A stretch of 64,000 bases of DNA from Rebecca billardiae RCC1528 (lineage: Eukaryota > Protista > Haptophyta). Positions within the stretch are counted from its first letter, which is position 1. Each line of letters opens with the position of its first letter. This document shows, piece after piece, positions 1 to 13,206 of the stretch. Position numbers and translations under genes: made by a program. The stretch is taken from positions 1,488,001 to 1,552,000 of the forward strand of contig OZ251222.1 of the NCBI GenBank assembly GCA_965240325.2, given 5' to 3'. Under the pieces are notes generated by a model that searched no databases, was not told where the DNA came from, and was given only the letters and a program-made list of their open reading frames with translations.

Positions 1-525
1 GCGGAGGCGGCGGCGACGGGATCGAGCTCGGCGGCGTGGTCGGAGGCGGTGCTGATGGCGGCGATGATGGTAGCGGGCTTGTTGGCGGCGATGTAGGCAG
101 CGACGGCTGCGGGCTCAGCGGCGGGCTTTGTGGCGGCGATGTAGGCGGTGATGACGGTGGTGGGCTCAGCGGCGGGGTCGGCAGCGGCGACGGCAGCGGC
201 AGGCTCGAGGTGGGCTTGGTGGCGGTGATGGCGGCCGGGCTCGGCTATGGACTTTGCGGCGGTGGGCTCGGGGGCGGAGTCGGTGGCGGCGAAGGTGGCG
301 AACCCAGCGCTAGGCTTGGCGCTGGGGTGGAGGAGATGGGCTTGGTTGTCCGTGGTGGGCTTGGTGGCGGCGATTTGGCGATGATGGCTGTGAGCGGCGG
401 AGTGGCCATGAGCTCGGCAGAGGTGACGGTGGCTCGGGAACGGTGGCTGGCTCGGCGGCGGCTTCGGCGGCCGCGACGGAGACGGGCTGTGAGGCGGCTA
501 GGGCGGTGGTGTGGGATGGGATTAC
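1..525 (-). pseudogene. Degenerate Ser/Pro-rich (SPPP-type, extensin/pherophorin-like) coding remnant running off the window start
   Basis: One minus-strand frame reads PPSPPP/PSPPP repeats but contains in-frame TAG stops (CCGCCCTAGCCG, AGTCCATAGCCG). Confidence 0.4.
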
Positions 526-1575
526 TGCGTCACTGTTGCCCTCGGTCAGAGCTTGGCGGGGACACAGCGCGGCCAAGCTCCGGGCGTTGGCGCTGCCGCC
601 AGGTCGGCCGCAGGCCACCCACTCGTCGGCAAAGCTTGGGCGGCAGCGATGCCCAGACATGAAGGAGGGCACTGCGGGATCGCTGCGTCACCTCGGGAAG
701 GCTGAGTCCATGAGAGAGATGATCGGCACTGCCCCGTCTGGTGGAGTTCGATGAGCTGACTTAGACTACTTTTGCGACCGTAGGCTGCTGCTCGGCCTTG
801 TCAGAGTCGACATCCGACCTAGCGCCAGCGCGGCGCAGTACGTATCGATTGAGTCATTGCGCGGACCAGCAGCATGAGACGTCATCGCGACTCGGAGTTC
901 GTCACGTGCCACTCAACCGCGTCCGACCCGCCCCACTGCCACCTTGGGCAAGCGCCTGCAGACGATACGGCGGGCCAGCATCATAAGCTGCGCTCCTGCT
1001 GAGTGCTGGCTGATGATGACTGCGTCAGACGACTGCGCATTGCAGCCGCAGCCATACCGTACATACGCTCTCAGCGGGACTACGCGCGAGTTGTTCTGCC
1101 TTCTAGCGGTGCCGGCACGTGGCGCGACGATTCTGGCGTCATTATCACTTGACGACTCGACTGATCACGACGAGTGGCCCTTCTCAAGCAAGTGCAGCAG
1201 CATTAGAAGTATAGCCTACACTCGTCCGTCATCGTCTGGTTCCCCTGAGAAGTCTTCTGGAATGCATCAGCGACATGCTCCCGCAGCCTGGTCAGTGGTC
1301 CAAGCCAGTCACATCCGGCAGCCTGACATCATCCCACATGCCGCGTGGGCAGAGAGGCGCGCTATGCCCACGCGACTGGCTTCCTAGAAGCTGCCGTGAC
1401 GGAACGAGTGTCAGCAGTGGACCGCCGGCCGGTGCCGCGCGCCGCACCGCCGGGCCCAATGGCAACGAACACCCGGTGGCCGGCGGTGCGGCCCTAGGCT
1501 AGTGCGGCGGATCTATCGCGTATAGAACGACCGGCCGTGACGCGCTCTGCACCACGTACATTCGGACGCGGCAAT

Positions 1576-3211
1576 GAGCAGCATGCACCACCGTCCGGCC
1601 GTCTCAGGTCGCTGTCGTCGGCAGCCAGCCGGTGCCGGGCACGGTGGCGCCGGGCGCTCGTAGCTGAAGGACCGCGATCAAGGATTGATTGCCAAGTCGT
1701 CAGCCGACGACTGGGAAGTTGAGCCTGATGCTGCCCGCTGCCGGTTCGCGGGACGAATGACGAGCAGCCTATGGCCCGTGAACCTGCGTCAGCTCCTAGA
1801 ACTCTTCCAGACGCGGTGAGGATATCCCTCACGAACTCAGCCCTCTCGCGCTGACGCAGCGCGTCTTGCGGCCTGCTGCGTGCCGCGAGCTATCGGACAG
1901 CGCGGCCCGCCGGCCGCGGGCCTTGGGCGGCGGGTCGACGGCTCCAGGCGGCTGCGGAGGACGCGGAGGCCGGTCGCATCCCGGCCAAGGCGTGGGCATC
2001 GGCCCGGCGGTTGGGCCCGTCAGCACGCCGGCAAGCGCTCTGATGCCACTCGAGACTGGCTGCCGAGCTGTCGCGCAACCGTGCCCGGCAAGACACGTGG
2101 GTCCGCGCCGAGCGTTCACCGGCCTCCGAACCCGCGCACGCCTCCCAGACCAGGGCCAGGGCATGCGCCGTCGATCTACCCAGCCGGAAGCAGCTCGACA
2201 GCCCCGCTGTGTGCGCGCGCGCCTGCCGGTATGTCCGCTGCCCGCTCGAGGGCGAGCACGCGGCGCCTCACCTGCCGACCACGACAGCGCGCCTCGCGTG
2301 CACACTCTGATGGCGAGGCCCGGGATCTGGGCAGGCGATGGCACTACCCGCGCCTCCGCCAAGTCTCGGCCTGGCCGAGCCTGCCACAACGAGCAGCATG
2401 CACCACAGTCCGGCCGTCTCAGGTCACTGTCGTCGGCAGCCAGCATTCGCCGGGCGCGATGGCGCCGGGCGCTCGCGCGCGATCAAGGATTGATTGCCAT
2501 CAAGTCGTCAGCCGTCGACTGGGAAGCTGAGCCTGATGCTGCCCGCTGCCGGGTCGCGGGACGAATAACGAGCAGCCTACGGTCCGTGAACCTGCGTTAG
2601 CTCCTAGAACGCTTTCAGACGTGGTGAGGATCTCCCTCACGACCTCAGCCCTCTCGCGCTGACGCAGCGCGTCCGCTGCCACTCTACGGCCTTGCTTCCT
2701 GCTGCGTGCCGCGAGCTCTCGGACAGCCCGGCCCGCCGGCCGCGGGCCTTGGGCGGCGGGTCGACGGCTCCAGGCGGCTGCGGAGGACGCGGAGGCCGGT
2801 CGCATCCCGGCCAAGGCGTGGGCATCGGCCCGGCGGCTGAGCCCGCCAGCACGCCGGCAAGCGCTCTGATGCCACTCAGCCTCGAGACTGGCTGCAGAGC
2901 TGTCGCGCAACCGTGCCCAGCAAGACACGTGGGTCCGCGCCGAGCGTTCACCGGCCTCCGAACCCGCGCACGCCTCCCAGACCAGGGCCAGGGCATGCGC
3001 CGTCGATCTACCCAGCCGGAAGCAGCTCGACAGCCCCGCTGTGTGCGCGCGCGCCTGCCGGTATGTCCGCTGCCCGCTCGAGGGCGAGCACGCGGCGCCT
3101 CACCTGTCGACCACGACAGCGCGCCTCGCGTGCACACTCTGACGGTGAGGCCCGGGATCTGGGCAGGCGATGGCACTACCCGCGCCTCCGCCAAGTCTCG
3201 GCCTGGCCGAG
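1576..3211. repeat. Tandem duplication, two ~815 bp units (1576-2379 and 2391-3211)
   Basis: Both units start GAGCAGCATGCACCAC and end GTCTCGGCCTGGCCGAG. The 3' two-thirds are nearly identical and the 5' part is more diverged. Confidence 0.9.
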
Positions 3212-3480
3212 GGGCACAACACTGGCCGAGCCCTCGGCCCGGCGCGCCGCCGCCAGCCTGTGCTGAAAAGCCCAAGCCGTGCGCGGCAGGCCTGCGCGTG
3301 CGAGCGGCGATGGGCGTGGGCGGCGTTGCGCGGCGCGAAGTGGGCCAGGGGCATGTCAGCCTCGACTCCGCCGCGTCGCGCGCGGCCGAGCGCGCGCTCT
3401 GCGCGCGGGGCGCGCGACGCGAGGCGGGCGCTCGCGCACGCACGCGGCCATCCCATCCAGCGCCAACGGGCGGCGCCAGC

Positions 3481-3557
3481 GGAGGGACCTTCACTCGTCG
3501 AACGTGTGAAGGTCCCTCGAGACGTGTGAAGGTCCCAGTGGGAGGGACCTTCACACG
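3481..3557. promoter_or_regulatory. Four copies of GGGACCTTCAC(AC) in +,-,-,+ orientation upstream of the 3733 gene
   Basis: Copies at 3481, 3504 (rc), 3524 (rc) and 3541, ~175 bp before the ATG. The regulatory role is inferred from position. Confidence 0.45.
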
Positions 3558-3732
3558 AGTCCGAGTTCGGCCGTGCTCCCTCCGACCAAGCCCTTCGTCT
3601 GTTTCGTCGTCCAACGACAGATTTACGTCCGGGCGGCGTGACCACTCCGGACGGAGCAAGTAGGAGCTGCGGCGGCACGTTTGCGCGGCTCGGTCGGTCG
3701 CCAGGGTGGCGGGCGCTTTTTTGGAGGCCGGC

Positions 3733-6700
3733 ATGGAGCCCGGCCAACCGTGCGGCGGGACGGCCTCGTCGGCGAGCCCGATGCGTGCGCCGGCGAACAC
3801 GCCAGCGCGTGGCGTCCGTCGGCCAGCACCAATACCGACCGCATCGCTCATGGAGCGCCTCACCCTGCTGCAGGGAGACGAGCCGGGCAGCGGCCCCAGC
3901 CAATCGCTGCTTCGGCCGTGGCGGTCGAGGCACGAGGCGGTCGGTGGCGCTGCTTCTCCTCGCGCGGCGCGCGCACAGGCGGCGATGAGCAGGGGCTCGG
4001 CATCCACATCCGATGCGCAAACACGGGCGAGTTCTGCTCCGGCGCGGCTGACACACACGCGGACGCGCCGCGTCTCGCGCCGGCTGCTCAGCGACGCCGA
4101 GCGAGCGGAGCGGCGACGGCTGCGGGCCACTCGCAAGGCGGCAGCTTTGCGAGCGGCCGTGGTGGGCGAGAGTGACGCGGCTGCGTCCGCGAATGCGCCG
4201 CACAGGAGACGGCACTCCCTGACCAGCGGCGGGGAGAGGGGCAGCACGAGCTGGCGTGCTGTCACGCAGGCGAGAACGGGCCCGTCTCCGATGGCGTCGC
4301 AAGCCCAGCGCGTGCGTTTCGCGACGCCGCTCTCCACGACGAGCGGCGCCGCCCTGGCCTCGCGGCCGGGCTCACTCGGCGCACCGCTCGCTGGTCCGCC
4401 GGCCAGCGTGACGCCGTCGGCGCCCCCCCCCGCGCACGCTCTGGGTACCAGCTGGGTGCAGCAGCTGCCCCCCGAGCACGAGCCGAGCAGGCACGAGCCA
4501 CCTGGGCCTCACGCCGCCGCCGCCGCCGCCTCCTCCTCCTTCTCGCCGAGGGCTCCCGTGCCTCTCAAGGTGATGCGGCTAGACGTCTCTCTGTCGGACC
4601 TCCACGCGCCTGTCCGCGCGCCCGCCGCCGCCGCCGCGGCCGCCGCCGCCACCGCCGCCGCTGCCGCCGAGAGCGCTGCGCCACCACCCGCGACGCGCAC
4701 GGGCGCGATCATGGCGTTCCTCCGCCGGTGGCAGCGACGGCTTCGCTCCGAGCTGTACGATCTGCGCCAAACGGCGCAGGCAAACGAGGAGCACTTGCAG
4801 CGATATGAGGCCAGCCTGCCCGCTTCGCCCTTGCCCTCGCTCCTGGACATGCCCTCGCTCCTCAGGTCGCGCAGCAGCTCGCGCCTGTCGCAGCAGCTTT
4901 CGCCACGCCCGAGCAGCCTCGTCGCTACTCCCTCGGAGCTGCTGCTGGCGGAGAAGCCCCGCGAGGGCACGCTGGGGCAAGCGATGCGGCACGCGCGGCG
5001 CGCGACGAGGCGCGTGCGCGCAGCGCCGCTGCTCACGTGGCTGTGCCTCCTGCTCGGCTTCCTCGCCATCGCGTTGCTCGTGTACCTGCTCATCCTCGTG
5101 CACGTGCTCAGCGAGTTTGCAAAGCTGCCGTGCACGAACATCGTGCTGGAGGAGGTCGCGCTGCCGGACCTGTGCTCGGCCAATGTGCCCATCGAGGTCA
5201 AGATCCGCATCCAGTCCGGCTCGGCCTACTCAGTGTCCATCACCGACCTGAATGCGATCTTCATGGTGAACGGCACGCAGGAGCTGCTCAAGGTCTCGGT
5301 GCCCGGGAAGCACACGATCAGCTACGGCGACGAGCTCCACCAGCTCACGGCGTACCTCACCATCCCGGACGAGGCGTTCATGGCCAACTTCGCGTACGAC
5401 ATGGTGGCGGGCCGCCCGCCGGCGACCGTGTCGTCGCAGTCCATCGCGATGACCATGCTCCTCTCGACGCGCGCCATCCTGCCGTTCCGCTCGGAGCTCG
5501 CGTACAACGTGAACGCGGACCTGCCGCTCACGGACGAGGCGACTACGCGCATGCGCGAGGAGACGGCGATGGTGCAGCGCGCGGTGGGCTGCAAGGACGC
5601 GTCGGGGATCCACGCGGCCCTGGCGTCGATCCCAACCTACGTGAACAACTCGTTTGGATTCTCGGGCATCAAGGTGCGTCGCGTGCGCACACACTCGCGA
5701 GGAGGGCCCGAGGAGCCCCCGGCGCGCCTCTCTCGCAGCCCAGAGGCAGGCTCCGTCGCGGTTGGCGCGCTGACCCGGTTGCCCGCGACCCCTTCCGCCC
5801 CCAACACGCGCCCGACCTGGACCCATGCGCCCCGCAGCTGGAGGAGGCGACGACGAAGCGCATCCACGCGAGTCTCGGCGTCGCCGTTCGGCTGAACGGG
5901 CCGTTCCGCGTGTCCCTCCCGGCCGTCTCGCTGCAGGTGTGCTCCGGCCGTCTGCTGCCGGTGACCAACGTGACGTCTGGCCTGCGCCTGTTCACGGGCG
6001 AGCACGGCGCGACCGAGGCGCACGATGGCCACGGCCTCGGCGTGATGGGCGCGATCAAGAGCTCGGGGATTGCGGAGGCGTACGTCCCTCCCGCGTGCCT
6101 CGGCACCATCTCGTCGCGGCCGGCGGTCATCGCGCCCGACAGGCGGATCGAGCTTTTCGCCGACGGCGTGATGAACTTCTACGGCTCGAACGAGGACTCC
6201 AAGCGCGAGGCGCTGCACTTCGTCGATCGCGTGACGCGTGGCCATGCCATCAACGTGCACGGCTCCAACGCGAAGGAGCTCCACCACTCGCGCGAGGGCG
6301 ACCTCTCCGAGGCGTACAACGTCGCGTCGGACAACTGCCTGCTGCAGCGGCTCGCGCAGCAGGTGGACGTCGAGGTGCCCTTGTGGGAGCTCATCCCCAC
6401 GCTGGCCCCCGTGGTCGAGGACGCCATGCTCGGCTCAGCGTGCATGGTCGGCCTCGCGCTCCACTGGTGGGAGCCCGACTCGAAGGCGTCGAAGGCGGAC
6501 GACTCTGCGGTGATGTACGACTGCATCACGTTTGTGAAGAAGGGGCTGGACGTGGCGGCGGGCAAGCCGCCGCCTGACGTGGGCAGCCACGCCTGGGCGC
6601 ACGCGGACAACACCTACTACGACTTCGTGCGGCTGGGTGGCGACGACGTGGCCTGCCGGTACCGGCACGAGCACGACTGGGACAAGAAGTACGCGCACAC

Positions 6701-7985
6701 GGTCTTCAAGTACCACGACCCGCACAACTCGGCGCCGCGGCTGCAGTGCGAGGAGGCGTGCGCGTCGCGCGCGGACTGCTTCGCGTTCCAGCTCGATCAC
6801 CACAAGGTCAAGGGCGAGCCGAAGGTCGAATGCCAGCTGTGGGCGTACCCGCCTAACGCCACCACCCCGCGGCCTGGCTCGTCGTGCACCCTGCTCGTCA
6901 AGGCCGACTTCCCGTCGCTCCGCGATCAGATACTCGCGGCGGCACCGGCCGAGTACCGGCACGCCTACTACCGGAAGAAGACGCGCATGATGTCTGCGTC
7001 GAGCTGCAAGGTGGCGTGCGAGACGAACAAGCGTTGCTCCTTCGTGGAGTACGACTCGTCGTCGGCGCGCTGCGCTCTGTGGAAGCGCGTGGACGCCGAC
7101 AACCTCTTCCCGCGGCCGCCACCGCGGCCGCCGCCTCCGAGCCCGCCCAGCGCGCCGCCGAGCCCGCCGTCGCCACCACCCAGCCCCCGGCCGCCGCCGA
7201 GCCCGCCGAGTCCGCCGCCACCGCTTCCGCCGCCGAGTAGCCCGCCGCCCAGGCCACCATCGCCGCCAGCGAGGCCGCCTCCGAGCGCGCCTCCGCCGCC
7301 GGCGTGCGCCTACATGGACCTGACGCGCACTGCCGGTGTGCGCGCCGAGGCGAGCTCGGAGAACGTCCACCACGGCCACACGCAGAAGGCGAGCCTTGCG
7401 CTGGACAGGGATGCGCACACATCCTGGTGCTCGAAAGTGACCCCGAAGCCGTCGATCACGGTCGATCTGGGTGAGCCGCCCGACAACACAGCGCCGCCTG
7501 CGCACTGGCCCCACACCTTGCGTGCACGCGTGCGCGTGGCGAGCATCGGCGCTCATGCCAGCCACTCAAAACCGTGCGTGCCTCCCGCCGCCGCGCCGCC
7601 AACCGGAACACAGGCTCACCCCGGCTCGTCCACAAGATCGACATCGAGTGGGACTGGGAATACGCCCAATCCTTTGTCGTCGAGTCGAGCATGGATGGGG
7701 CCACGTGGCGCGAGCAAGTTCAGGTTCGACGCCGGCGCCGATGCGCCCGCGAGGTCGAGCTCGGAGCGTGCGTGATTGCGACGCACGTTCTGACGTGCGT
7801 CATCTCCGCCACGCGCGCGTGCGCCCTCGCAGGGGACGAATCAGCACGTGCCTCGATCCAAGTACGCCTTGCACCTCCCGTACCACGTGGTGGCGCAGTT
7901 CGTACGCGTGACGAGCCTGAACAGTGGGCGGGGTCACGGCCACGGCTACTGCATTCGGACGTTGGAGGTTTGGGGCTGCCAGTGA
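3733..7985 (+). CDS. Single-pass membrane protein: disordered N-terminus, TM, LEA_2-like beta region, PAN/apple-like Cys domains, Pro-rich stalk, C-terminal F5/8 type C (discoidin) domain. Introns 5674-5837, 7471-7613, 7724-7832
   Basis: TM is LLTWLCLLLGFLAIALLVYLLILVHVL. PAN-like motifs are CEEACASRADCFAF and CKVACETNKRCSFVEY. F5/8C motifs are ASS...ALD...TSWCS...ITVDLG, SMDGATW, AQFVRV and LEVWGC*. GT-AG splicing restores one frame. Confidence 0.8.
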
Positions 7986-8346
7986 CAGGCGGACCGCGTG
8001 TCACGCTCCGCCGTCAGCGCGAGCAGTGCGGCTGTGCGGCGGAGCTGGCCATGAAGATTATTATTAGCGAGCGGCGCGCGCCAGCGCGGCGCATCAGCGC
8101 ATGCATTATTATATTTTGTTTATTGATGACTGACTACGAGTATATAACGCACTACTACGATGACGCGCCGCGCGTCGTCATCATCACCGACGATGACACC
8201 ATCATCATATCATCATCAGCGCAGTACGTAGTGTCATCATAGATCATAGTTAGACGATGTGCCGTGACCCGTGTGCGCCAGCGTTGGCACTGCGGCCCAC
8301 TGCTTGGCATGGCCTGATGCAGGCGGCGTCTCCCGTTCTGACCCAC

Positions 8347-11300
8347 TCAGCCGGCAGTGCTGACTGGCCGGCTGGTCGCCGCAAGCGCAGCTCGCAGCTC
8401 AGCCACCGCATCGACGACGCCCGCGCACATTGCGAACTTCGCCGAGCACATGTCCGCGATGTCCGCGATGCGGCTGGCCCCGGGCGATCCTGCTGCGCAT
8501 CCGCGGAGCACCTCGGAAACGCCTTCGCACTGCAGCGCTGCCGCTACGGCGAGGAGGCAGTACTTGGCGAGAGCTGCGGGAACGCGATCGCGCAGGAGGC
8601 GCGTGCCGCGCTCGGCCGTTGTGAGCTGAGGACGCTCAAAAGGTCTGCGAACGACCGTCGCAGGACGGGACACGTCATCACTTTGATCGCGGAGCGCGCG
8701 GGCGCGCACGCACCTTTCCCAGTGCCGCCGTTCGCACGATGGATGGCATCAATGCACTCGATGACACCGTCTGCGAGCACTCGCGAAGATGGCGCGGCTG
8801 CGGGTGCTCGCTCGGCATGCCGGAGCAGCTCGCGCAGCTGGAGCAAACGCAGGCGGGGCACGAGGGGGCGGGCGAGATGAGGACATGCCGGCCTCACACC
8901 AGCGCGTGCACGCTGCACACACGTGACGGCTTTCCACGCGTAGCATCGGCGCGGGGCGGATTTCGAGGGCGCACACCGTTGCGACCGCGTAAGGCTCGGC
9001 GCGGACATCGCGGAGCAGCAGGGCGCTCCACCGCTGCTGCTGCACAAGGCCGGACACCAGCTCTGCGCGCGGGGTGGCGGGGCGTCCGCGCCGGCCGGGC
9101 ACGCCGTGTGGGCAGGCGCAGGTGGAGGGCATGTGGCGGTGAGCACACGGGCGCGCGGCGTCGTGACGACGCGGGTGCGTACGGCAGACCGGTCCCGCGC
9201 GAGGCCCCCCCGCGCGCGCACCGCGTGCTGGCGAGCAGATGGACGCGTCGTCGCCAACGGCGTGCACGAGCTCGGCGAAGCACAGGAGGCACATCCACGC
9301 GGCCGACTTGACGCGCTCGTCGTGCGCGCTCTCGAGGAGGCCCTCGCCCAGGACAGCGCACAGATCTGCGTTGCCCAGCAGGGCTCGCACCTCGATGGGC
9401 GGCAGTCCGTCTGCGCCCGCATCGGGATCGGCGCCGCGCGCGCCGCCCGCCGAGGCCAGCTCCTGCAGCGTGATGCATGTCCGGCCGACAGCCTTGAGCG
9501 CGCTCGCACGCAAGCCAGCGTGCACGTGGTCAGCGGGAGCGCCGATGGCGCGGATGAGGTGGACGAGCACCTGCTGCGGCATGTCAGCAGGCGGCTTGGG
9601 GCTGAAGCGCTCGTCGAGCACGGGCGCGATCGTCTCGTACGCCTCGGGCGCACACAGAGAGCCCGCGCTGCCCACGAGCGCGCTCGCGAGCTGATGCCAC
9701 GAGCGCGGCGCAACGCTGGGCGAGCGAGGCGTGAGCGGGTCCGTCAGCGGCACCTCCAGCGAGTCGCTGCGCGCGCCGAGCATCGTGTGCGCGCCGAGCG
9801 GGTGCGGCTCCTCACCGGCTGGCCCGCTGTTCTCCTTGTCATCCTCGCGCTGCCCGACCTCCGGCTCCGGGCTGCCGCCGCCCGGCGCAGTCGGCACGGC
9901 GCCTCCAGCTGCGTCGACCTGCGCGCTGTCCTCCGCAGCGCCACCGCTCATGATGACGGGTGGTGCACGCCGCGGCGACCGTGCTGCAGCGGGTGCCGCA
10001 GACGAGGCCGGGGCCCCGGCCAGGGGGGTCTCGGTCGACGGCGCAGCCGCCCGCTGCAGGCGGGGCTGCGCCGCGTCCTCTGCCGCCGAGCAGACCGCCG
10101 GCGCGTGCGCTGCCACGTGCGCGATGCCGGGGCTGAGCTGGCGCTCCTCGGCAGCCGCCTCGCCAGCAGCGCCGCCGCGCTCGGCCTCATCGACGGCGGC
10201 ATCGGGCGCGGCTGGCATTCGCGCGCTCGGGGTGCGCGGGCCGTCGGTGAGGTCGACCACGCTGCTCGTCTGCGCCGGGCTGGGCGCACCGGTGCGCGCG
10301 GAGACGGCACGCTTCGCCAGCTCGAAGGGGTTGGTGACGGCGCCGGCTGCGCTGGAGGCCGGGTTTGCACGGGGCCGCTTGGCCGAAGGTGGCACTTTCG
10401 GCGGGCGCGCCGCGCCCGGCGTCACCTGCGACGGCGCAGCGCTGTGTTCCGCCGCAGCAGCGCGCGGCCCGGCGGCGTGCGCCACTGCAGCGGCCGCCGG
10501 TGCCGACTCGCTCTCCTCCGTCGGCAGAGCGCTGCCGCACGGGGTCGGCGCCGCCGCGCTCGCCGGCGCTGCAGCAGCAGCGCGTGGCGCGGGTGAATAG
10601 CCGACGTGCGGCGGCTGCTCAGCCGCCGCCGCGACAGGTGCGCTAGCGCCGGCGGCCAGCGCGGCGGCGGGCGGCGCCTCGGGGGCCGCCGGCTGTGCAT
10701 CCTCCGACGCGCTGACTGCCGCCGCGGCTGCTGCTGCAGCCGCCGGGCTGCCGCCCGGCGGCGTGGGTGGGCTGGTGAAGAAGGCCGCCGCACGCGCGAT
10801 GCCACCAGGGCGTGCACCCGCGCTCGTGCTCGCGCTCGGCTTCGGGCCCTTGGGCGCGCGCTTCACGACCAGAGGCCCGGTGATGGGCGCGGGCGCCGAC
10901 GCGTGCTCGGGCTGCGTGCGAGCGGCCAGCCGGGCCATCTCCTGCGCGTGCGCCTCGAGCAGGTGCGGGCGCGCACGCCATGGCTCGCGCCCGCTGCGCT
11001 CCTCGCAGCAGGCGAGGATCTTGCGCTCGGTGCTCAGCTTGGACAGGTGCGGGTGGGCGGCGCGCAGCGCACCCACCAGCGCCGCGAGCCCCGCTGTCGA
11101 CTGGTGCACGAGGAGCAGCAGCTCTGGCGTGTACTCGTCGGTGATCTGCGCCGGCGCGCGGCCCGCCGCAGGCGGTGCGTCGGAAGCGCCCGGCGACGCG
11201 GAGGCCGGGCAAGCCGCCGCCGCTGCCGGCGCGCCGTCGGCGGCGAGTGCCTGCGTGCCGCCGCCATCGCTCGGCGCGGGCGGCGCGGGCGGCGGCACGA

Positions 11301-13206
11301 GCGCGCTCTCGCCGATGCCGCCGGGCGTGCCCAAGAGCGCCTGCTCGGAGCCGCCATCGGCCGCGTGCCGCAAGATGCGCACGCGGAAGCCGCCGAGCGC
11401 GGCCGGCGGCGCGTCCGACGGCGCGGCATCGCCCGCGCGAGCGCCGGTGCCGAAATGCGTCAGGACGATCATGGGCGGCGGCTTCGGTGCGCGGCGCGCC
11501 TTCGCCTTGGGCGCGCGGGCGTGCGGCGTGGCGGCGTCGCTCGGCCCGCCAGCGTCTCCCGCGCCATCCGTGAGGTCGACGGTGGTGGTGTCTGCGGAAG
11601 CGGCGCCACCGGCCTCGGCCGCCGCCGGCGCCCCCGCGTCGCCGTCGTCGTCGACCAGCCAGCCCTCCTCCTCGTCGGACGCGGACCCCAGCTCGTCAGC
11701 GTCGTCGAGCTCGTCTGCCGAGTTGAGATCCTCGCCCTCGGGCTCGAGCTCCCACTCGGCCTCGCTGTCGTGCTCGTAGTCGAGCACGCCGCTCGTGTCA
11801 CGCGCGAGCGGCGTGCGCGCCGAAACCGCCGCCGGCCGCTTGGCGTGCGCCGTGCCAAAGCGCGGCGGGCGCACGTCCTCGTGGAACTGGCACAGCTTCA
11901 TGCGCGCGGTCTGCCAGCTCGCCTCGCGCTCGCGCACGGCGCGCGCGCGCGCGCGGTCGGCCGCGCGCGCGCGGCGGGCGGCCGCCCGCACGGCGTCGAG
12001 GCTGGCGGCGGGCGCGGTGGCGGTGCTCGCGTCCGCGGCCGGCCCGACGCGCGCCGCGCGCGCAGCGGCGGGCAGCGGCGGCGCGAGCACGGTGAACGGC
12101 TCGAGCGAGAAGGGCCGCAGCTCGCCGCGGCGCAGCTTGATCGCGCGTAGCGGCCCGGCCAGCTCTTCGGCCGCGGCCGGCGCCCCGCCGCTCGCGCCGG
12201 TCGGCGTGCGCTGCTGCGCGCAGCCCGCGCCGCCCCGCGCCGCGGCGGTGGGCGTCTCGGCCTGCGGCGGTGCGGGCTTGGGCTGCGTGAACCAGTTGGT
12301 GATGCTCTGGCGCTTCTTCGACTTCTCGAGCTCCTCCTCCCGCGCGCGCTTCTGCCGCTCCTTCTCCTCCTCCGCGGCGCGGCGCGCCGCCTCCTTCTGC
12401 AGCCGCTCCTCCTCGCGCTTCTGCTGCTCCGCCAGCCTGGCCGCCTCCCTGGCCGCCTCCTTCTCCCTGCGCTCCTCCTCCCTCTGCAGGCGCGCCGCCT
12501 CCTTGGCCGCCTCCTTCGCCAGCCGCTCCTCCTCCTTCTTCTGCTGCTCCGCCGCCTTGGCCGCCTCCTTCGCCTCGCGCTCCGCCTCCTTCTGCCGCCG
12601 CGCCGCCTCCTTCGCCTCCTCCTTCTGCCTGCGCTCGGCCGCCTTCTTGTGCTTCTCAGCCTGCGCAGCGGCGGCAGCGGCGCGCGTGCGCGCGCCGCGC
12701 GTCAGCCGCTGCAACCCTCGCGCGGGCACGGCGCACGCGCCCGAGCCCGCGGCGGCATGGGGGGCGCGGGGGTTTCGCGCGCGCACCTCCTTCTCCTCCT
12801 CTCGTCGGCGCTTCTCCGCGAGCTTGCGCTCGCGTTCCGCCGCCTTCTCAGCCGCGCTCAGCTTTGGCTTGGCCTTGCTCGGCGCCGCTCCGGCAGCGTT
12901 CGGCGCGTTGACGTCACAGCTGCCGGCACGAGCGTCATCCTCGTCATCGGAGAGGGCGATCACGACGGCGGGCGCTAGCTGCCCACGCGCCGCTCCGGCT
13001 GCAGGCGTCTCGCTTGCGTCAGCGCTGCTCGCATCAGCAACGCGCACCGTGCGCGCCCCGCTTTGCTCGGCCGCGTCTGGCCGCAGCCGCTTGTGAGGCG
13101 TGATGGACCCTGGGCCGCCAGCCTCGCCGTGCTCCGACGGCAGCGCACGCTTGGCCTCCGCGCCCGCGGGCCGCTCACCACCAACCACCGCGCACTCAGC
13201 GCTCAT
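8347..13206 (-). CDS. CHAF1A: Chromatin assembly factor 1 large subunit (p150/Cac1/FAS1) with a long C-terminal extension. In-frame intron 12661-12786; the 3' exons and true stop (8347 or 8544) are uncertain
   Basis: KER charged helix, PIP box QSITNWF, and CAF1A motifs KLCQFHEDVRPPRFGT and LDYEHDSEAEWELEPEGEDL followed by an acidic ED tract. Confidence 0.88.

Noticed and set aside
36-662. Gly-rich plus-strand ORF
   Set aside because: Antisense reading of Pro-rich codons, with a non-ATG start.
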